A DNA stretch of 64,000 bases from Malacoraja senta (Eukaryota): assembly GCA_038087875.1 (NCBI GenBank), contig JAXLNO010000110.1, forward strand, positions 1 to 64,000, read 5' to 3'. Shown here one piece after another: positions 61,701 through 64,000 of the stretch. Below the pieces are notes generated by a model. That model did not search any database. It had not been told where the DNA came from and saw only the letters and a list, made by a program, of their open reading frames with translations. Within the stretch, counting starts at the first letter, position 1. Each line of letters starts with the position of its first letter. Made by a program: the position numbers and the translations under genes.

Positions 61701-64000
61701 GTTCTCTTATATCTGGTTCATTGGACAACACTAAATCTAGAATTGCCTTTTCTCTGGTCGGCTCCATTACAAGCTGCTCTAAGAATCCATCTCGGAGGCA
61801 CTCTACAAACTCTTTCTTGGGGTCCTGAACCAACCTGATTTTCCCAGTCTACCTGCATATTGAAATCCCCCATCACCACAGTGGCATTACCTTTGTTGCA
61901 TGCCAGTTTTAACTCCTGCTGCAACTTACACCCTATATCCGGGCTACTATTTGGGGGTCTGTAAATAGCACCAATTAGTGTCTTCTTGCCTTTACAATTC
62001 CTCAACTCAATCCACAGTGACTCTACCTCGTCAGTTCCTATGTCTTCCCTCGCAAGGGACTGAATTCCCTCCCTCACCAGCAGAGCTACCCCCCTCCTCT
62101 GCCCACCTGCCTGTCCTTTCTATAGGATGTATAACCCTGAATATTAAGTTCCCAGGCCCGATCCTCCTGCAGCCACGTCTCAGTAATCGCCACAATGTCA
62201 TATCTACCAACCTCTAACTGAGCCTCAAGCTCATCTACTTTACTTCTTATACTTCGCGCATTCATATACAATACTTTTAATTCCTTACGCATCTCACCAT
62301 TCACATCGATCCCTATTACACTTGGCCATACTCTCTTATCCCTTTGTGAGCTTCCTTTCCCGTTAATTCTGGGGTCATTAACCATCCCTTTACTCTCTTT
62401 CCCTTTAACTCCATCCTCGACTATCTCATTTGACACCCTACCCCCGTTATTCAGTTTAAAACCACCCGTGTAGCAGTGGCAAACCTGCCTGCCAGAATGC
62501 TGGTCCCCCACCTGTTAAGATGCAATCCATCCCTTTTGTACAGATCCCCCTTACACCAAAACCTCATTATAACCTCATTATCTCAACCTCATTATAATTT
62601 AACATAGCCAAAGCTAACCACAGAGTCTATTATCTCTCAGCCTTGAATTCTATCTTGAATTCAGCATGAAGAGCCATAACTCTTCATCTTTATGTCACAT
62701 TCAGAGCTAACGAATGTGCCATAGAGAAAGAGCAGATGACCTCTGGCCTAAGAAGAGGCCCTATTCAGCTATCCATTCTTCAACACAAAATCATATCAAA
62801 TACAATTTCTTCCAGCGTTATAATTGCCTCAAAGCAATAAATTAAGCTATGCAGGATCAGATTAGCGTTTCTATGTTTTGATTCATCTGTTCCCTGTGTG
62901 TGTTTCTTTGTACTTTATTTCTTTAGGAGACTTGTTTCTGAAAACCGTAAGCTTTTCTCTTGCAAATTACCTAGCTTATATAAAAGTCACCATCCAAGCG
63001 GTTCTAATATATACTATTTCCTCATGGATGGAAGCAGTGGTCCTAGGCTGTGGATGGAAGCAGTGGTCCTGAGCTGTCGTCTGAGTGCAGTGGTCCTGGG
63101 CTGTCGTCGGGAGCAGTGCTCAGCGTAGAGACAGGGAGTCTGTCTTTGTGTTCAGGGTAGAGACAGGGAGTCTCCCCTTGTAAGCAATGCTCCGGGTGGA
63201 GACAGGGAGCCTCTCCTTGTGCTCAGGGTAGAGACAGGGAATCTCCCCTTGTGTCCGCTGTGAATCTACATCTCCAGGGCGTGAGGTCGGTGAGAACACT
63301 ATAGCTCTCTACTGAATTGTGTTTGCTTCTTTGATTAACTGTGCTGACTTTTCCTTTTAAATCGTGTCATTTGAAGTGTCCAGGGTTTTGGTGATACTTT
63401 CTGGTGCAACTGGAATTGTGCAGTTTCTGTGCTGTATCTCCGAACTAAAAGGATGTTTCTACTAGGAAGTTTCTAATAGTATGAGAGTCTCAGACCAGAG
63501 GGTACAGTGTCAGAAATAAAAGTGATGACACCCTAACCTTATCACAACTGAAATTGAATCTGGCTGATGTAAAATGTGGAAACAATGACCTGTAGATGCT
63601 GGTTTATACGAAAGATGGACACATTGCTGGAGTAACTGAGTGGGTCAGGCAGCTTCTCTGGAGAAACAAGAGATTTTGGGATGGAACAGAAGGGTTCTTA
63701 CCCAAAATATCACCCCTTTTTCCTATAGAGATGGTGCCTGACCTGCTCAGTTTCTCCAGCACTCTTATCAGGATCTCCTCTATATCCCGCAGCTCCGCTC
63801 TTACTCCCCATCCCCCTACTCGTAACAAGGACAGAGTCTCCCATGTCCTCACCTTCCACCCTACCAGCCGACACATACAACAGATAATCCTCTGACATTT
63901 TTGCCACCTCCAAGGGGATCCCACTACATGCCTCATTTTCCCATTATCCAATTTCAGTGGTTTCTCCCTCCTTCCCCTCCCCTTCCCAGCTCTCCTGCAG
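52795..64000 (-). repeat. Right arm of the large inverted duplication (runs off the window end)
   Basis: Reverse complement of 31889-43091 with only scattered substitutions. Confidence 0.97.

Overview
Eukaryotic, almost entirely repeat-derived DNA. The repeat repertoire (V-SINE/HE1-like SINEs, CR1, Rex1, Penelope, fish-type L1) suggests a cartilaginous fish such as a skate or ray; this is inference. I see no host protein-coding gene: all long ORFs are decayed retrotransposon fragments or translations of repeats. Main structure: (1) 0.4-12.9 kb is a degraded + strand L1 holding nested insertions: a full-length - strand L1 with a 15-bp TSD, a Helitron, a Harbinger MITE and a retroposon carrying a SINE. 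(2) There are three copies of a non-autonomous Helitron family (5' TC, 3' hairpin+CTAG, A^T target) that carry different internal minisatellites. (3) 19.3-32.9 kb is a tandemly amplified mosaic of TE fragments, including arrays of the CR1 3' tail. (4) 31889-43091 is a near-identical inverted copy of 52795-64000, and the left arm ends exactly at a 200-N gap, so it is either a real palindrome or a haplotype duplication artefact. (5) The spacer holds a CR1 interrupted by a hAT element and by another CR1.
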